Part shown: positions 1-14,369 of the stretch, piece by piece
Numbering within the stretch: position 1 is the stretch's first letter
Layout of the letters: each line of letters starts with the position of its first letter
Origin: Ginglymostoma cirratum
Lineage: Eukaryota
Length of the DNA: 64,000 nt
Direction of reading: 5' to 3'
NCBI GenBank assembly: GCA_024137785.1
Contig: JAHRHZ010000046.1
Coordinates: 31,286,320-31,350,319, forward strand
Program-made: the position numbers and the translations under genes
Notes under the pieces: model-generated
What the model was told of the DNA's origin: nothing
Database searches by the model: none
The model's input: only the letters and a program-made list of their open reading frames with translations

Positions 1-129
1 GACCCTTCTTCAGAAAACATGACCCTTCATTTTTTCTGAAGAAGGGTCTAGGCCCAAAACGTCAGCTTTCCTGCTCATCTGATGCTGCTTGACCTGCTGT
101 GTTCATCCAGCTCTACACCTTGTCACCTC
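1..129. mobile_element. PLE-derived hammerhead fold-back element (family A), left arm cut by the window edge
   Basis: 1-16 gacccttcttcagaaa is the reverse complement of tttctgaagaagggtc (33-48). The right arm matches 21221-21319. GAAA is mutated to AAAA. Confidence 0.85.
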
Positions 130-3100
130 GAATAGGAAGTCAAGTTTGCTATTCTGTTTGGCTCCCTAGGAGCATTTTAAAAAGATATACACTGTATATT
201 TGAAACTCTACAATACAAGGCGTCTGGTTTCTCAAATAAATGCTTGAACCTCCTGCTCACGAAACACATGCCATGAAACATTAATGCCTAGCCAAATTCA
301 GTTATCATTTTCCTAGGCCCTGTGTAAGTCCTTATTAAATTAATTTATCTTTTATTAATTCATGAGGACCTTAGCTTCATTTTAAAATGCCTAATTTTCC
401 TTGTGGTTCTCTGAATTTGGCTTGTCCCACAAAAAAGAGATGCCAACTACTGTGGTGGCTTCATAAATCCATAATTACTTAGCCAAGGAACACTCTGCTT
501 GGCTCAAGACTCTAATAAACTGCAGGTATAAATAGCCATTGGGAAAATCACCAACCACAAGCTACTTACTCATTCATTTAGTAATTCGATCCTAAGATGA
601 AAACAACATAATTAATTTGCCAAAATATATTTTGCACAATAATAATTACATTTCTACAACATGCTCCAGTTTCTGGGTTGAACTTGGCATGAGGTTTATC
701 ATATTGGATTTTCCACAGGAAGGTATGAGTTGGTTTCATGAATTTATACTAACATGTGCAGCTTGTATCATAGGTAGTATACAATGGGAGTAAATGAAAA
801 ATAATCTAATCTCCTGCATTTTATGATGGTGCCCTATCCTGCTGCGTCCTTTCTCCAGGAAAATGAAAGAGTGCTACCTAGTTCAAAAGTAGGCTTGATT
901 TACCCATGTAGAAAAGCGTAACAGCTTATCAGCAAAGATGAGATTTATATTGAACCTGCAGACTGCTTGGCATCTTGTTTGTTATAATGCACTCTTTAAA
1001 GTCTTGGTCTGCCAATAATATGGCATATACAATAACATTAAAAAAGTGTAATGCAACATGTATATGAAACTAATTTGTAAATAACATTTAAACCTGGGAA
1101 ACAATGTGAAAAGGCCAGAACCATCTGAAGAGGATTGCTTCTGTGGGCAAGTCAGCAAACATTGGTGGGTTGATTTAACATTGTAGGTGATAAAATAGTG
1201 GCACAGTGAAAAATACAAATAGTCCAACAAATGGGAAGAGGAGGCATCTTAGCTCAAAACAACAGGATTCCAGTATAACCCTGTGATTGAAATAATGAAA
1301 CAAGAATTAAAACTGGAAAAGAATGTCCCTGGTTGTTTCTGGATTTTGTATTTTTTTTAGAGAATTAACGCAATGGGAGTGAAACGGAGGTGGACTGGGT
1401 GCATTGAACACAGGAACAATGAGGAATAGATTTGTTTCTTTTTAATGTACATTTCTAATGAACCAAATGAGAATTACATTTGCACACTGGAATTTCACCT
1501 CTGGATAAAAATTTGCAGACTGGATCAGAAATTGGCGTATCATGCATCTGTTTATTCAGACATAGAAGAGTTAAAAAGCAGTGCAATTTGAGAGTAGGAA
1601 TGTCTGTCCCTCACCTATGCAAATACTGGTACTTTTGCATATTTGTAAGCCTTATTTCTTTTCAGAGGTTGCCATCAGGCGGTCTTGAATATGTAACCAG
1701 AAGTACTACTATACATTAAGGAATGCCTTCAAAAAATTGATTAGGATTCTCCAGCAGCCATCATCTGAGGGCATACATTTACAATTTTATTTGTCAAGAA
1801 ACATATTCACACACAATCACAAGAAATAGGAGCAGGAATGGTTCCCCGACTTCAAAGGAGTCACAGTCAATCCTTCCTGTAAGCCACTACTTTTCAGAAT
1901 TTAGTTTAATTGGCAGTTTCTGTTAAGAAAACTGAAAATGGAGGTTAATGAGTTCTGAATCTTGCCAAAAGCCTAATTCCTAATGAATCTCTGACCTCCT
2001 CTTTCAGCTAACATTGCTTCAGCGATGCCCAGTTTGAGCCCCAGATTATTTGCTACCCATGGGTTTTAATGTATGCTGTTCCTTACATTTGTTGATGATG
2101 AAACGCTGTGGCTAGGGTGTCAGCCATGCAGAATTTTCACACTTTTACAACAGTTGTCATCAGCCAAAGGTCTCACAGAACAAGCAGGATTAAGAGATAA
2201 GAGAGATAAAAGTTGGCTGTAAATTTGATTTATAAGATTCCAAGGAACAGTGCAAACTCAACTGATTTGCTGCCCATATTAATTAATGAATCACATGGGA
2301 AATTAGCCAAATTTTTTAAGCATTTTGTACATAAATCCAGATTGAACTATTTGCAACACTCATTTGGCATTTTTTTCTCAAACTTAATCACATGATTCTG
2401 CTTTACAATGTCCAAGTGCAGCACAATTACATACAATAAAAATAAGAGATTTTGTTTGTCAGCACATGGGATCTCTTCTGGACATGAATATAATGTACAT
2501 TGTCCTGAAATTGAAGAAAACCATCTCATTGTACCTTAATAAATCTCACTGTGACACAGTTTTACAAAAAGCATAAGAGAATCATATTTACTCGTCTAAT
2601 GCTTTCACAATGAGCAAAACTTAATTTCTCATATCTAGTATTGAATATCTCATATATTTCTCAATGCTGACTTCTAGTAAAGAGAGGATCACAAGAAAAG
2701 AGCTTCTGTTATCTGGAAACTGAAAAGGCTGCCCTTGTGGTGAAAAGCACAGTATTCATTTATACATTGTTTTAGAAACAAAAATTTCTTTAAAGAGCAC
2801 ACATCTTCCGCTCAAATAGCTTTTGTACAATGTGTAATGAGCTATCCTACAATCAGCAGTGCTAAATGCACATAATACATCGCAGATGTACAATATGTAA
2901 ACGTGCAAATATCATTTTAAAGCACATGTAATGCAACTGGATAAAATATACAACTAATTTTTTATTTAGTCAAATATTTCAAGGCAGGCTAAATTTCAGG
3001 AGTCTAGGTTGCGTCAGATGACCTGAAAATCTAGCTTCATTTGACCTTCAATAAAATGAAGGAGCTTTGCACACTTAATTATTGAAAATGCTTTTCGGAA

Positions 3101-5874
3101 ATAATGTTCCTGGAATTGAAACTGTTGTGTTACTCATGATCACATGGGCAAATCACAATGAACAGACCATGTTTACATTCAGATCTACTGTGATGATAAC
3201 ATTTCTGGCAAATCTGATGATTGTTGCGAAAAACCTGCAACAATTATGAAGTCTCATTGGCATGACGCCTGAGCATTCTACCCGTGTAGAAAGGCAATCG
3301 TCTAAAACAAAGATAAAATTTGCCATGAAGTATCAGCAAGGGGTGTGAGAATAGGTTGAGCCAAATTTTCACCAATGAAGTAGGAAGCTCGAAACCATAA
3401 ATCTCTCCACTCGGCAGAACTGTTTCCATATAAATGGCCCACCCACACACAACTTCCATTCTGGGGAACTGGGGGCATGATTGAGTCAGTCTTGCCAACC
3501 CCAGAAGTAACTTGCCAGTGCAGGGTCGTTGGAAAACCATCCTCATTTCTTTGAAACTTCATTCCAGTTGAATTAATGACTGTGAGGAGTTCTAGTCCTC
3601 ATTCCTCACACTGCCTCACCCATTCCCCATCCAAATTTTTCATTTCCCTTCCATGGACCTCCCCCAACTTCATCTTTCACACTGTCTGACTTGGCATACA
3701 GCGTAGTACTAAAGAGCAAAATAATTACAATGGCAAGTCTAGAACAGTAATTAAGAAAATATCTATTTAAATATATGCTTTGAAAGAAGCTGTTACTTTT
3801 ACAAGCCTTTAAAAGCATCAGTCAGACAGAGTTATTATAGTTTCAATAACAGAAGCTTTACCACATTATGTGCATTTTAATTTTAACCCAATAAACATAT
3901 AAACATTGAACCAAACAATTTAAATAAATAACCTAGTATGTCCCCATAAAGATATGAATAAAATGAAGCAAATACTCCATTCCTAACTTTGAAAACAGAC
4001 TGCTAACCATATTCATTCGTGAGTCTTGGAACTCAGCCAAACATTCAGAATAAGGCCATCTCAAGAAATAGATGTATGGCCATCTGGTTCAGTCAACACA
4101 GTTCTACAGTGCATTCTGGATAAGTGGGTGTGCAAGCTGCATGGCAACCATGAAAGGGCTTTGGAGGGTATTGAGAGAGAATGGGGACATAGCAGTGCTT
4201 GGTAATAACATGGAGACATAGAAATAAGAGATCGATCATCCATTGCAAGCAGGGTGAACGTTCCTAAAAATTGTCTTGCAATTGCATCCGTGTATGTGCA
4301 TATGTAAAATTGGTGGTGGGTGGGGGGGGACTAAACAGAATGGGGTAGGTACGAGCTGTCAGTTAAATGGAAGAAGTGTGCCATATCCCAAAAAGAGCGG
4401 TGGCTGGTTTTGCAGATGAGGGCCCATCTGTGATAAAGAGGAATGAAGAGATGGTTTCCCAAACCTCTTTTTTCCTCAGAATCTTCAGTGTTATCTCCCT
4501 AAACCTTGATGCTGGTCTTCCGGGAGAAAGATCAAAGAGAAATAAAGTTTGCATGTTGGAAATTAGCCATTACTATCCAAGCTGGTTTCTATGTCCTTGA
4601 ATAATCCAAAGGACACATCCTGACCTTCTTAACTGAAATAATTAAATGGTTCAATTCCAGACTCAGAAATAGATGTATCTTTCCAAAGCATAGGTGTAAA
4701 TGGTATGAATCCACTGCCCAGTCAAAGAGATGTCCTGCTTCGGGGTATGACCAGGGTTACAGGACAGTGCATCTGCTCTAAATCCAACAGACCAGAGAAG
4801 TGGAAGCTAATTTAGTTTGTACAGTGACCAACACTGAAAGAAAAGGGATAGCAATTTATGGATGGTTTCGCAGAGAGATCCAGTTATTGGAAATTATTTG
4901 TTTCGGGAAGTTTCAAAGTAAATTATCAAACGTAATTTCTTCTGCTTTACATCACCACACAATTGTGGTGAGAAATTGATGAGAAATTTTGGATTGGTTA
5001 TGGATATAACCTAAGGAATCTGCAGGATTATCAAGTTTACAGCATTAGTTGCACTAAAACCAGAACCACTTCCAAAACATTCCTGTGGAAATAATTAATT
5101 TTGACTATTGTCTTCCATTCTCACTTGTAACTTTGTATTAATCTTATTGCTGACTTTCAATATAAATAATTAACACTGACCATATATATATTTAAAAAAT
5201 CAGCAGCTCAAGAACTCTGTCTGAAAGTGCCACAAATGAACAGTTTGAAATAAGATAAATATTCATTCTGTTCGTAGTTAGAGTCCTCAACAATTGAGTA
5301 CTGCAGTTTTCTAACTTGTAAACAATCTTGGTGAAGCTGAAGCAAGGTTGTGTTGCTAGAATGTATAATGGTTGCTTCCCAAAGGATGCACTGTATAGGG
5401 AGCTTGACTGTATCAGTAAACACAATGGGTAACCAAAATTGAAACAACTAAAAACAATCTACATGTTGTGCTGAAGTTTCGACAGCACAGAAAATTGAAG
5501 AAGATTTCCAGGGAAAAATACAAAAATATTATGTGGCAGTATCTTCCTGCATTGGTGAATAACAACCTGTAATGTCCCCTCACTGCAACTAACAATATCT
5601 TGCTCAAGTTGAACTGTACTCCCATCAGACGATTTCTGATAGTTGAGCTGTAGATGACAGTAGAATCATCATCAAACATTCAGAGTCAGGGCCATAGAAC
5701 CTGAGATTATAGACCTATATTTTTCTATTTTGCCTTCTTCCATCTTTAAATCAATGATTCTTGCTGAGTCTTGATCTGTTGGTTCACAGACACTCAACCA
5801 CAGCAGACCCAGCTTTACTGAATTATAAATTTATGGTCGCTACCAACATAACCAACTATTATGTGATCAGCCAT

Positions 5875-6354
5875 AAAGATTTACAGGGCTGCTGCCAGGG
5901 TTGGAGGGTCTGAGCTATAGGGAGAGGCTGAATAGGCTGCGGCTATTTTTCCTGGAATGTCAGGGGCTGAGGGATAACCTTATAGTCGTTTATAAATTCA
6001 TGAGGTGCACGGGTAGGGTAAATAGGCAAGGTCTTTTCCCCGAGGTGGGGGAGTCCAAAACTAGTCAGCATAGGTTTAAGTTGAGAGGGGAAAGATATAA
6101 AAAAGGACCTAAGGCAACTATTTCACGCAGCGGCTGGTGTGTGTATGGAATGAGCTGCCAGAGGAAGTGGTCAAGGCTGGAAAAATTACAACATTTAAAA
6201 GGCGTCTGGATGGGTATATGAATAGGAAGGGTTTTGAGGAATGTGGACCAAAAGCTGGAAAATGGATTTAGATTTTTATCAGATTTCTGGTCAGCGTGGA
6301 CGAGTTGGACCGAAGATTCTGTCTCTGCGCTATATATCTCTATGACTCTATGAT
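5875..6354 (+). mobile_element. CR1 LINE 3' fragment
   Basis: LPGLEGLSYRERLNRLRLFFLE..LRDNLIVVYKFM..GRVN..LFP (CR1 ORF2 C-terminus); ends in a ctctatgactctatga tail. Confidence 0.92.
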
Positions 6355-8861
6355 CACGTGTCTAAACAACAAAAACATAATTTAAAAATTGTTATCAGCA
6401 TGGAAAAGTTCCAAGACACTTCAAGGGAGCAAAGTATGACATCAAGCCACATCAGAAAAATGGTGTATATTAAACTACAATGAGCATACCGTGAGTATCA
6501 ATGGAAGTTATGTGGTGAAAGTTGCCCCTCTGTGTCAAAAACTGAAGAGCAGGTGAGGAACTAAATAGTTCAGCTACATACAGATGCCAAGGTAAACAGA
6601 GTGGCCCAGGTTTTACTGTAGCAGGGTACTGAACGTCATCTGCCATTTGATGAATTAACCCTTGCACATTTCGATTTTTAAACTGCTTGTATCACAAGTA
6701 GCAGAACATGCGTGGTGATTTTCTTTTTCTTACTCATTCAGGAGAGGACAGCATTGCTGATAGGACCAGTATTTATTCCCCAGAGGGCAGTTAAGATCAA
6801 CCACTTTGCTGTGGATTACAGTGCAACCAAAGTCTGGGACCAGGGTAAAATTAAGCAATCTGTACGCCTTAATTTACCAAATAGAAGGATTGTGGAATAA
6901 ATGAAGGACTGCGTAAATTAATAAGTCAATTCATCGGCAAACAAAATACAGAAAGACAAGTAGTCATTGGATCCAGGGGGAGAAAAAGGAATTGAAAGGA
7001 AAGCGTCTTTTTAAAAAATGCACTTAAAAAATTTCCAACAATTAAAATTTGATGAATTAAGCGCACTCATTTGAACTAGCTAATTTCTAGTACCAGCAAA
7101 GTTATAATTAAGAATTAAGAATTGCTCACAAGTAATTAACACTTATCACATCATTAAAGAGATTTGAAATGACAGTCTATGGTTTGTATCATTTGTATGT
7201 ACCAGGCTAAATGTCATTCAATGTTTTTAACGTGGAGACAGACAGTGAGATGTCCTTTGCAAAGCTAACGATAAACAGTATGTCTCAGATATTCATATTT
7301 TAACTATACAACTGCCCATTATTATTGTAACATCTATGTACATCCAATTGCAAATGCCATTAATTTCACTGTTTCTCACTGACAGAAATTCTGACCCAAA
7401 TCAATTTACTATAAAGTACAACGGTTTACAACTACACCACTTTAAATTGGTACACCATAGAATAGGAAGAGTGCAATGCACTTGCCAGTTGTTCATTTTT
7501 CTAAATGCACAAGGATGCTCATGTTGTTGCATAGCAATGTGTTGAGGCTGTATCTCATTAATTCTGATGAGCAATAAACACGAAATAAGCTGCCAGCACA
7601 ATAAAAACTTTAACGCTGCCTGTTTTCACACACTCCCAGCAGATGGCTGATCGTCAGCACATGATAACATATACCTTCTTGAAAGTGTGTCTTTTTAACT
7701 TATATCTTTTCTTTATTTTCTGCCTGAAGAGACCCCCACATAAGACAATCCACCATACACAGTCAGGAGGAAGCTCCTTTGATGCCAGCTATCAAGTTTA
7801 GCTGGACTTCTAGATGACCACGCACATGTACATTTACAGGCGCTTGTGAGCAAATCACTCAGCTGGGAAAAAGTCCGAGGGCAGCTTGCTAGAAACAAAA
7901 GGAGAGGAAAGGAGAGAAAGATGCAGATCAGTCACTTTTTAGGAAACACATAATTCAGTACCAAACTGGATTTGGGAGCCACAGTGAAAGAGGTTGATTT
8001 ATGTAGTTAAGTGTTGTCTCAACAGAAGAGTCAGATCAAAATCAAGACAGCCCACAAAACAGGAACATGTGGAAGGAAACTGTGAATTGAGTACAAAGTA
8101 AACTATGTTCATGCACAACTGTGTTATTCTACATGTTCATTGGTTGCTATTCAGATACAATGGCTTGTATCTGAAACCTGTCTCTCTAAAACATATTTTG
8201 TAATCCATCTACTGAAAGATCAGACAATCACTAATGAGGCCATGGACAATACATTGACTCTGATCTTCCATTTAGAAGATAGATGTTGCAGCAAAATACC
8301 CTAAAAGATAGTCGGTAGGGCTTCTCAGAAGTCCTGCTACTACTGGGGAGACAACCAAGCTCTTTTCAGATCAGCATAATTGGCACTGTTCATTGGACCA
8401 ACAGGACCAGCTGACATATACGTGATAGCTTGAAGAAGACTTCAGAGAAGTACAAAACCTTTGCCCAGTGCTTCAGTAATATAATACAGCAACGACAGAT
8501 ATCAAAAAGATTAACATTCCTAAAGGTAAGAGATCACCTTTCAGTACTCTTTTAAATGGGAAATTCACCAAAGAGCAAGCTTCAGCCTGTATTAAAGGGG
8601 AAAACAGTCATTCATATCAAAACAATGCAGGGACTCACAACTACTTAGTGAACTCTGGAGCAGGCACATCATAGCTTTCAAGTCTCCATGTCGGAATGGT
8701 GGCAGAAGGTAGCCTTACCAGCTTAATACATTTTCAGGAATACTCTGAAGTCTTGACCTGGTAAACCTTGTAAAGTTTTTAACCTGACTTTACCCAGCCA
8801 GTGATTGACGGGTATCACATTTATTGAAAACACCTTTCAACACATACATTAAAAATACTCC

Positions 8862-9066
8862 GAGAACTACTGGAAACCTGAAACAAAAGCAGAAATTTCT
8901 GGAGAAACTCAATACGTCTGGCAGCATCTGTAGAGAGAAAGCAGCGTTAACATCGGAGGTCCAGTGACCGTTCTTTAAAATCCTCTGAAACCTAAAACAT
9001 TAACTTGGTTTTCTCTTCACAGATGCTGCTAGATCTGCTCAGTTTCTCCAGCATTTTCTGCTTTTG
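8862..9066. mobile_element. Decayed hammerhead fold-back element (family B)
   Basis: caaaagcagaaatttctggagaaact...gcagcatctgt (from 8884) is inverted relative to acagatgctgct...agtttctccagcattttctgcttttg (to 9066); similar to 56588-56720. Confidence 0.8.
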
Positions 9067-10121
9067 CAACAACTACATATCTTTCATAAAACTTGAGCCG
9101 TCCACCTCAATTCAAGGCAAGAGGATGCTGAACTGTGGATCTCAATTTGACGTGTATTACTAACTTGGCTTCAATCTCCCCAAGAAATTAGTTTCTTTTC
9201 TGAAGCACGTCTTTCAAATTTCAACCTATGGAGTATAAAGCTTTTGGGGAGCGTTAAAAGCTACAACTGGTCTCATTAAGTGAAATGAAATTGTAAACAA
9301 TTGATTTTTGATTGAGGGTTACTTTTCCACACCTGTTTTACTTTTCTTTAGTTGACAAAATGCCATCTGGCTGAAATGATGGGGTTTTAAAACTGATTGT
9401 GTGTTTCTGAAAGGAACTGGACCTAAATGGACTATAATTACCCAAAATCACACATTGTCACATTATTTTTGAATGCTTTCTTAGGGAGGATGAAATCAGT
9501 AAGCATTCTTCAGTGTAGCATGCAAAGGAAACATAGACATTGTTTTAAACTAGTACTTCTTTCATAAGCATTTAAATATTTTATTCAATTTAATTGTATA
9601 TTCCAGGCACAATCTCACACAAAACATGACAAGTTTAGATATTATTTTGCTCAGATGTATCTCCTCAGCAATTCTACATGTGGTCTGTAAATATCTTACG
9701 CAATGAAAATAACAAAAATTAAATAAGCAATTCTCATTTTTCTCCCCCCTTTAAATCTAAACAAAACTGGAATACTAAGAACAGAAACTTCTGAGCCCTT
9801 GAATGACATAGGCCACGGCAAGAAATTTAGGAGTTTCAAATGTCCAGAGAAGCCCTTCTCAACGCCAAAAGGAAAAGGCTCATTTTTAAACTAAGTGTTG
9901 GACATCGAGACAAGATTATCAATAATGAGCTGCAAGAGGCCTATGAACACAGATTATCACTCATTGTCACACTCATTATCTCACCTCATTAATGTGCTTG
10001 TTCCTCTTCTGGTGGAGTGATAGTGTCCCTACCCACAAACTGATAGGCCTAGGTTCAAGTCTAATCTACACCAGAGATGGGTGATAACAGCAAGCTGGGG
10101 TCAAAAACCCAACTGAGTCCT

Positions 10122-10214
10122 GGTGAAGAGTCACTGAATGCAAAACATTAACTCTGATTTATCTTCACAGATGCTGCCAGAACTGCTGAGCTTTTCCAGC
10201 AACTTCTGTTTTTG
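10122..10214 (+). mobile_element. Single-arm decayed family B copy
   Basis: aaacattaactctg...cacagatgctgccagaactgctgagcttttccagcaacttctgtttttg is nearly identical to 56612-56683. Confidence 0.8.
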
Positions 10215-12752
10215 ACTCCAGCTTGCTGCTTGGACTTCCAGATCTCCATTTTGGACACTTATTACAGATGTCTCAGGGTTCACTCTACTGGGGGTGAACA
10301 GCCACACCTCACATCCAAGGACCCTGGCTTCAGACAGGTAATATCTGCATCATCACAGTACATCTCCAATCCACCTAGTGTGTTCTGTATTTGAATGCTG
10401 CACATTGGAGCACACCAGCACCTTTCAGTGCAATGGAAGGATACTTTGCACAGAGGCACCCAACTCATGGATTGGACCTGGCTGCATCTCAGGGCTGCTT
10501 GCTCATTCTCTTACTGTTCACTTAGTTTGTGTGAACTTGGATGCTCACCTTGCCTTTTTGTACTTTGCTACCTCAGCCAGACCTGAAGGGCTCACAATAT
10601 TTCTGTCTTGCCTTGCAGCTTATCACAGGCACAAAGACAGGAAGCTTGTCAGCAGTTATTAGTCAAGGGATGGATATGTTGCTGTGCAGCACCTTGCAGT
10701 GTCGATCCCACAGCTACAGAGTGCAGAAGCCTAAACTGTAAACACACTACATACATGTACATCAACCAAATGGCCATGTCTCAAACTCAATAGCGAGTAG
10801 TCAGGAGGGATAGTTGACAGTCAGGGGCTCCCAGTACATCCAAGGGCAATGTCTGCTCATAATCCAGGGACTCAACACAGTCAGTTATCTGTTTGGGGTT
10901 TCAGATGTGCCATCTATACGCATAAGAATTTTTGCGTACACTGTGCCATAACATACACAGTGAAGAGCAACTCCTGACTGCCAACAACTGACTGGGTGCA
11001 AAGCTGCTATTTTAAGATGACACTGGTGCTGGGGACTCCAGGATATTCCAGCCGTGGAGAGTGCTTTCTCTTGTAGTGAGTTGGAGAATCAGGTTAGCAT
11101 CGGACCATGGCGCCATGGTACCTAGTTACTGAAGAGTGTTTGAGACGATCACATGAGAAAACTCACTAGGTCTCCTGGCAAAAAAAACGCAATGAAAATG
11201 ACACTTTGCTGATTGTTAGTAAGACTCAGCCCTACATTACTTCCTGGAGTCAGGAAATGGCATTGAGTTTATTAATTGGATTTCTCTATACTTTGATTCG
11301 GTTTAGGCTTTCGAACTTAAGCAATCAAAATGGGCCCAATGACTTAATAAGATGATTGTCACAATAAATTGGCATTTCTTGATTAAATTTACACACTTAG
11401 TTTTGCAAAACTGGTTTCTCTGCACTAAATTACATCCTGGGCTCTAGAAAATACAAGCATTCAACCGATTTAATGAGCATCTATTGGTAGATTCTCCTGA
11501 CCGATCATTCAGGATTGTTTATTTTCATTAGCCCTGAGTTATTTCTTATGAACAGCTTTTCTGTGGTAGGGACATGAAATGTTGACATGTTCCAGTTCTT
11601 TCGTTCTCAGGGATATAATCATCACTGGCATGACTGCATTTATTGCCCATTCTTGGTTGTCTGAAAATTCCCTTGAGCATTCTTCATCAGCGCTCAGCGA
11701 TTGTTAGCTTAAATGATCAGCTTTTGAGGCCATTTCAGAGGGCATTAAGCATTCACTGGGTAGTGTCAACTACAGAAAGTTTCACTCTCTGAAGATCAAA
11801 TGAATCAATTGTCAGGTTCTTGTGGCAAGCTTTTGAAAACTCAGTTTTTCAACTTTCCACAATGGATTTGATCTCCTAGCTTTTGGAGAACAGCTACTTG
11901 TTCAGTATCATCATCACTAAAATATTCTGAACTGCAGTTTCATGTGCGAAGTCGTTAGGTAAAAAAACGTAAAGATTTGCATTATTTATATAGCACTTGT
12001 CACAAACAATCGGCACCTCAAAGTGTGCTACAGCCAATTAAATATTTTTGAAGTTTGTCATTTGTTGTAATTTGCACAGCAAATTCAGATAAACAGCAAT
12101 ATGTTAATGACCAAATACCATTCGATATCATAAATATGATACCACAATACCCTCAACTAAAAAGTATTAATTTATATTCATTTTGATCTAATACAGTTTC
12201 TGGGCACTTTGGGAAATGAAGTAGAGTTGTTTGAATAATAGGAGTCCCTTTATAATACAGAGTGAGGAACTGATTGATGTAAAACTGTGATTCTATAGCA
12301 TCATTACTGTCAGAAAATTATATTTCAAATATGACAAGTTTCTTGAGGCATTGTGCACCACGGTTGCAAATACAGGACTTGTACAAAGAAATGGTGATGG
12401 AAATGTGCGCTTTAAGTATAACAATGTAAAATTCAATTTTGTACTCAGGGAACACAGGCTGACGTGAAACCTTTCTTCATTTATTGTGAACAGATAGTCA
12501 ACATTAAGAAAAAGCTTTGGGAAGTAAAGAGACCCAAGCGCCCTCTGATTTTCATGAGGATTATGTCATAATTAAGTGATATCCTGTGGTATTCCAATCT
12601 ATGTCCCCACACAAAATCTTCGGAGAGATAAAATATTCAGAAATCTATTGTTTCATCACTGGGAATACTCCGATTTAGAGTACTGACATCGGCAATGCAA
12701 CATATTCTGATATACAAGACATTGGGGCAGAAGACGTTTGTTTTTATAACAT

Positions 12753-12980
12753 CAAAATACAGCAGATGCTGGAAATCTAAAAGAAGCACAGGAAGTGGTG
12801 AGGCAACTCATTTAGTCTGACAGCAACTGTGGAGAGAGAAGCAGAGTAAACGTTTCGTCTCTGATACAACTCTTCTTTAAGTACTGAAAACATCAGACTC
12901 AAAACATTGACTCTGTTTCTTTCTCCACAGATGCTCCCAGATCTGTTGAGTTTTTCTAGCATTTTCTACATTTGTTTTCA
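12753..12980. mobile_element. Decayed hammerhead fold-back element (family B-related)
   Basis: ctgtggagagagaagcagagtaaacgtttcg is inverted relative to aaaacattgactctgtttctttctccacag. Confidence 0.75.
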
Positions 12981-14369
12981 TTATGGAATGAATGTTCAAC
13001 CAGTTTTCTTAATCTTAATTCTTACCTTTTAACTAAGTTGTATCGTAAGACACTTTGCCTTGTTGACTCAGTCTCTGATGGTTGCACTGTAAATGTTTGT
13101 GAAGTAATGATATCTTGAGAATCAAAATATTCCTCCCCATAACCAGTTTGATTTTGCTGTACAATGGGTTAATTCAACATTTCCAGTCCTGTGTTACAAA
13201 TGTCAGTTAAAGTTCTACTCCTTCCACAACATTTTTTTAAAGAAACTTCTTGTTTGTTTAAGAAAACATACAATTGGGTTGGCACAATAAGCCTGTGATC
13301 AGACTGAAGGAATAAAGATTTCATTTCATGATGCTGTTGGAGAGGTAGCCCTGAGCCTAGCATTCTTTTATCGAACTTTCTTGGGTTAAAATTTAAAGCT
13401 CGGCTTATTTGTTCAAGTAAGTACATCTTGAGCACAGCTTCTAAAGTTTGCAAGATTTAGGAAAGAGTAAAGTTTCAGAACACAGAAGCATGGTTGATAA
13501 ATAGTCTGACCATCAGGCTGGGGATGCAGGGAGGGGGACTGCATGTGATGGACCACTGTGGGAGGAATTCAGAATATAAACAGAGATATTGCACAGACAG
13601 GACAGACTGAGTCCACACACTTCACACCTTCAATTCCAACCATTTAATGTGGGGCAGAAATCAGTGGGGAGAAATGTGATGACTGTTTGTGTCTTTTCAT
13701 GAGAGAAGATACAGAACGCAGATGAAAGTCTGTGTTGTAGCCTATATGGTGAGAAACAGACTGTTCCCAATGCACAAGGGGCTGTTGTGATCTATCCATG
13801 CATGCGCAATTGCACCCACTCTATGGGAAGCAATCCCTGTCCAAAGCAGTCCATTTCATCTTCAATCAGAGCTGAATGGTCTCCACTGAAAACGGGGAGC
13901 CATATCAAGTTCTCAAACTGTCCCGATACCACTCAGGATTAATCCCATTCTGGGCTATTATTTCGGTCATTTAGAAGATATGAAAATGACAGAATAATAA
14001 GTTTTCAGCACAAAGTAAAGGTGGATGAGAATAGTGGATCAGCTTATCAGTTTATAGGCCAAGAGAAACTAGCATTGCAATGGGAGCATTATTATATTAG
14101 TCTGGTACAATTCTCTCATCTTTCACACTTGGGACTGCAATAAGCCTCCTGGTGGTGGTGTTGCCCATAAACTCTGCTAGTGAGAAAACTACTGGAGAAA
14201 TTGAAACTTGTGACAAAAACAAAGACAGCAGGTTTCAGTCGTCTTGTGAGGAAGAGTCTGGGATGTAATAAGGCAGTGAACCAGACGTGGAAGTAAGCAG
14301 CATGGTCAAGCAGCATTCATACAAATATGAAGCTTAAAGCCTAAATTAGCTGTATTAGTTCAATGAGGA

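Noticed and set aside
3244-3818. Overlapping 70-100 aa minus ORFs
   Set aside because: No recognisable protein or splice structure; probably decayed repeat.
4363-4554. Possible minus-strand exon after a pyrimidine tract
   Set aside because: The acceptor is weak (GAAG), the frame in phase with the TAFA5 donor stops after 8 codons, and there is no homology.
8340-8420. gtcagctgg on the minus strand as the start of TAFA5 exon 2 (GQL...)
   Set aside because: There is no acceptor and the frame continues VLLV, not AAGTCE. No exon 2 was found in the window.
10010-10090. tRNA-like A/B boxes (also at 24236 and 26765)
   Set aside because: No cloverleaf can be formed; these are SINE heads, not tRNA genes.
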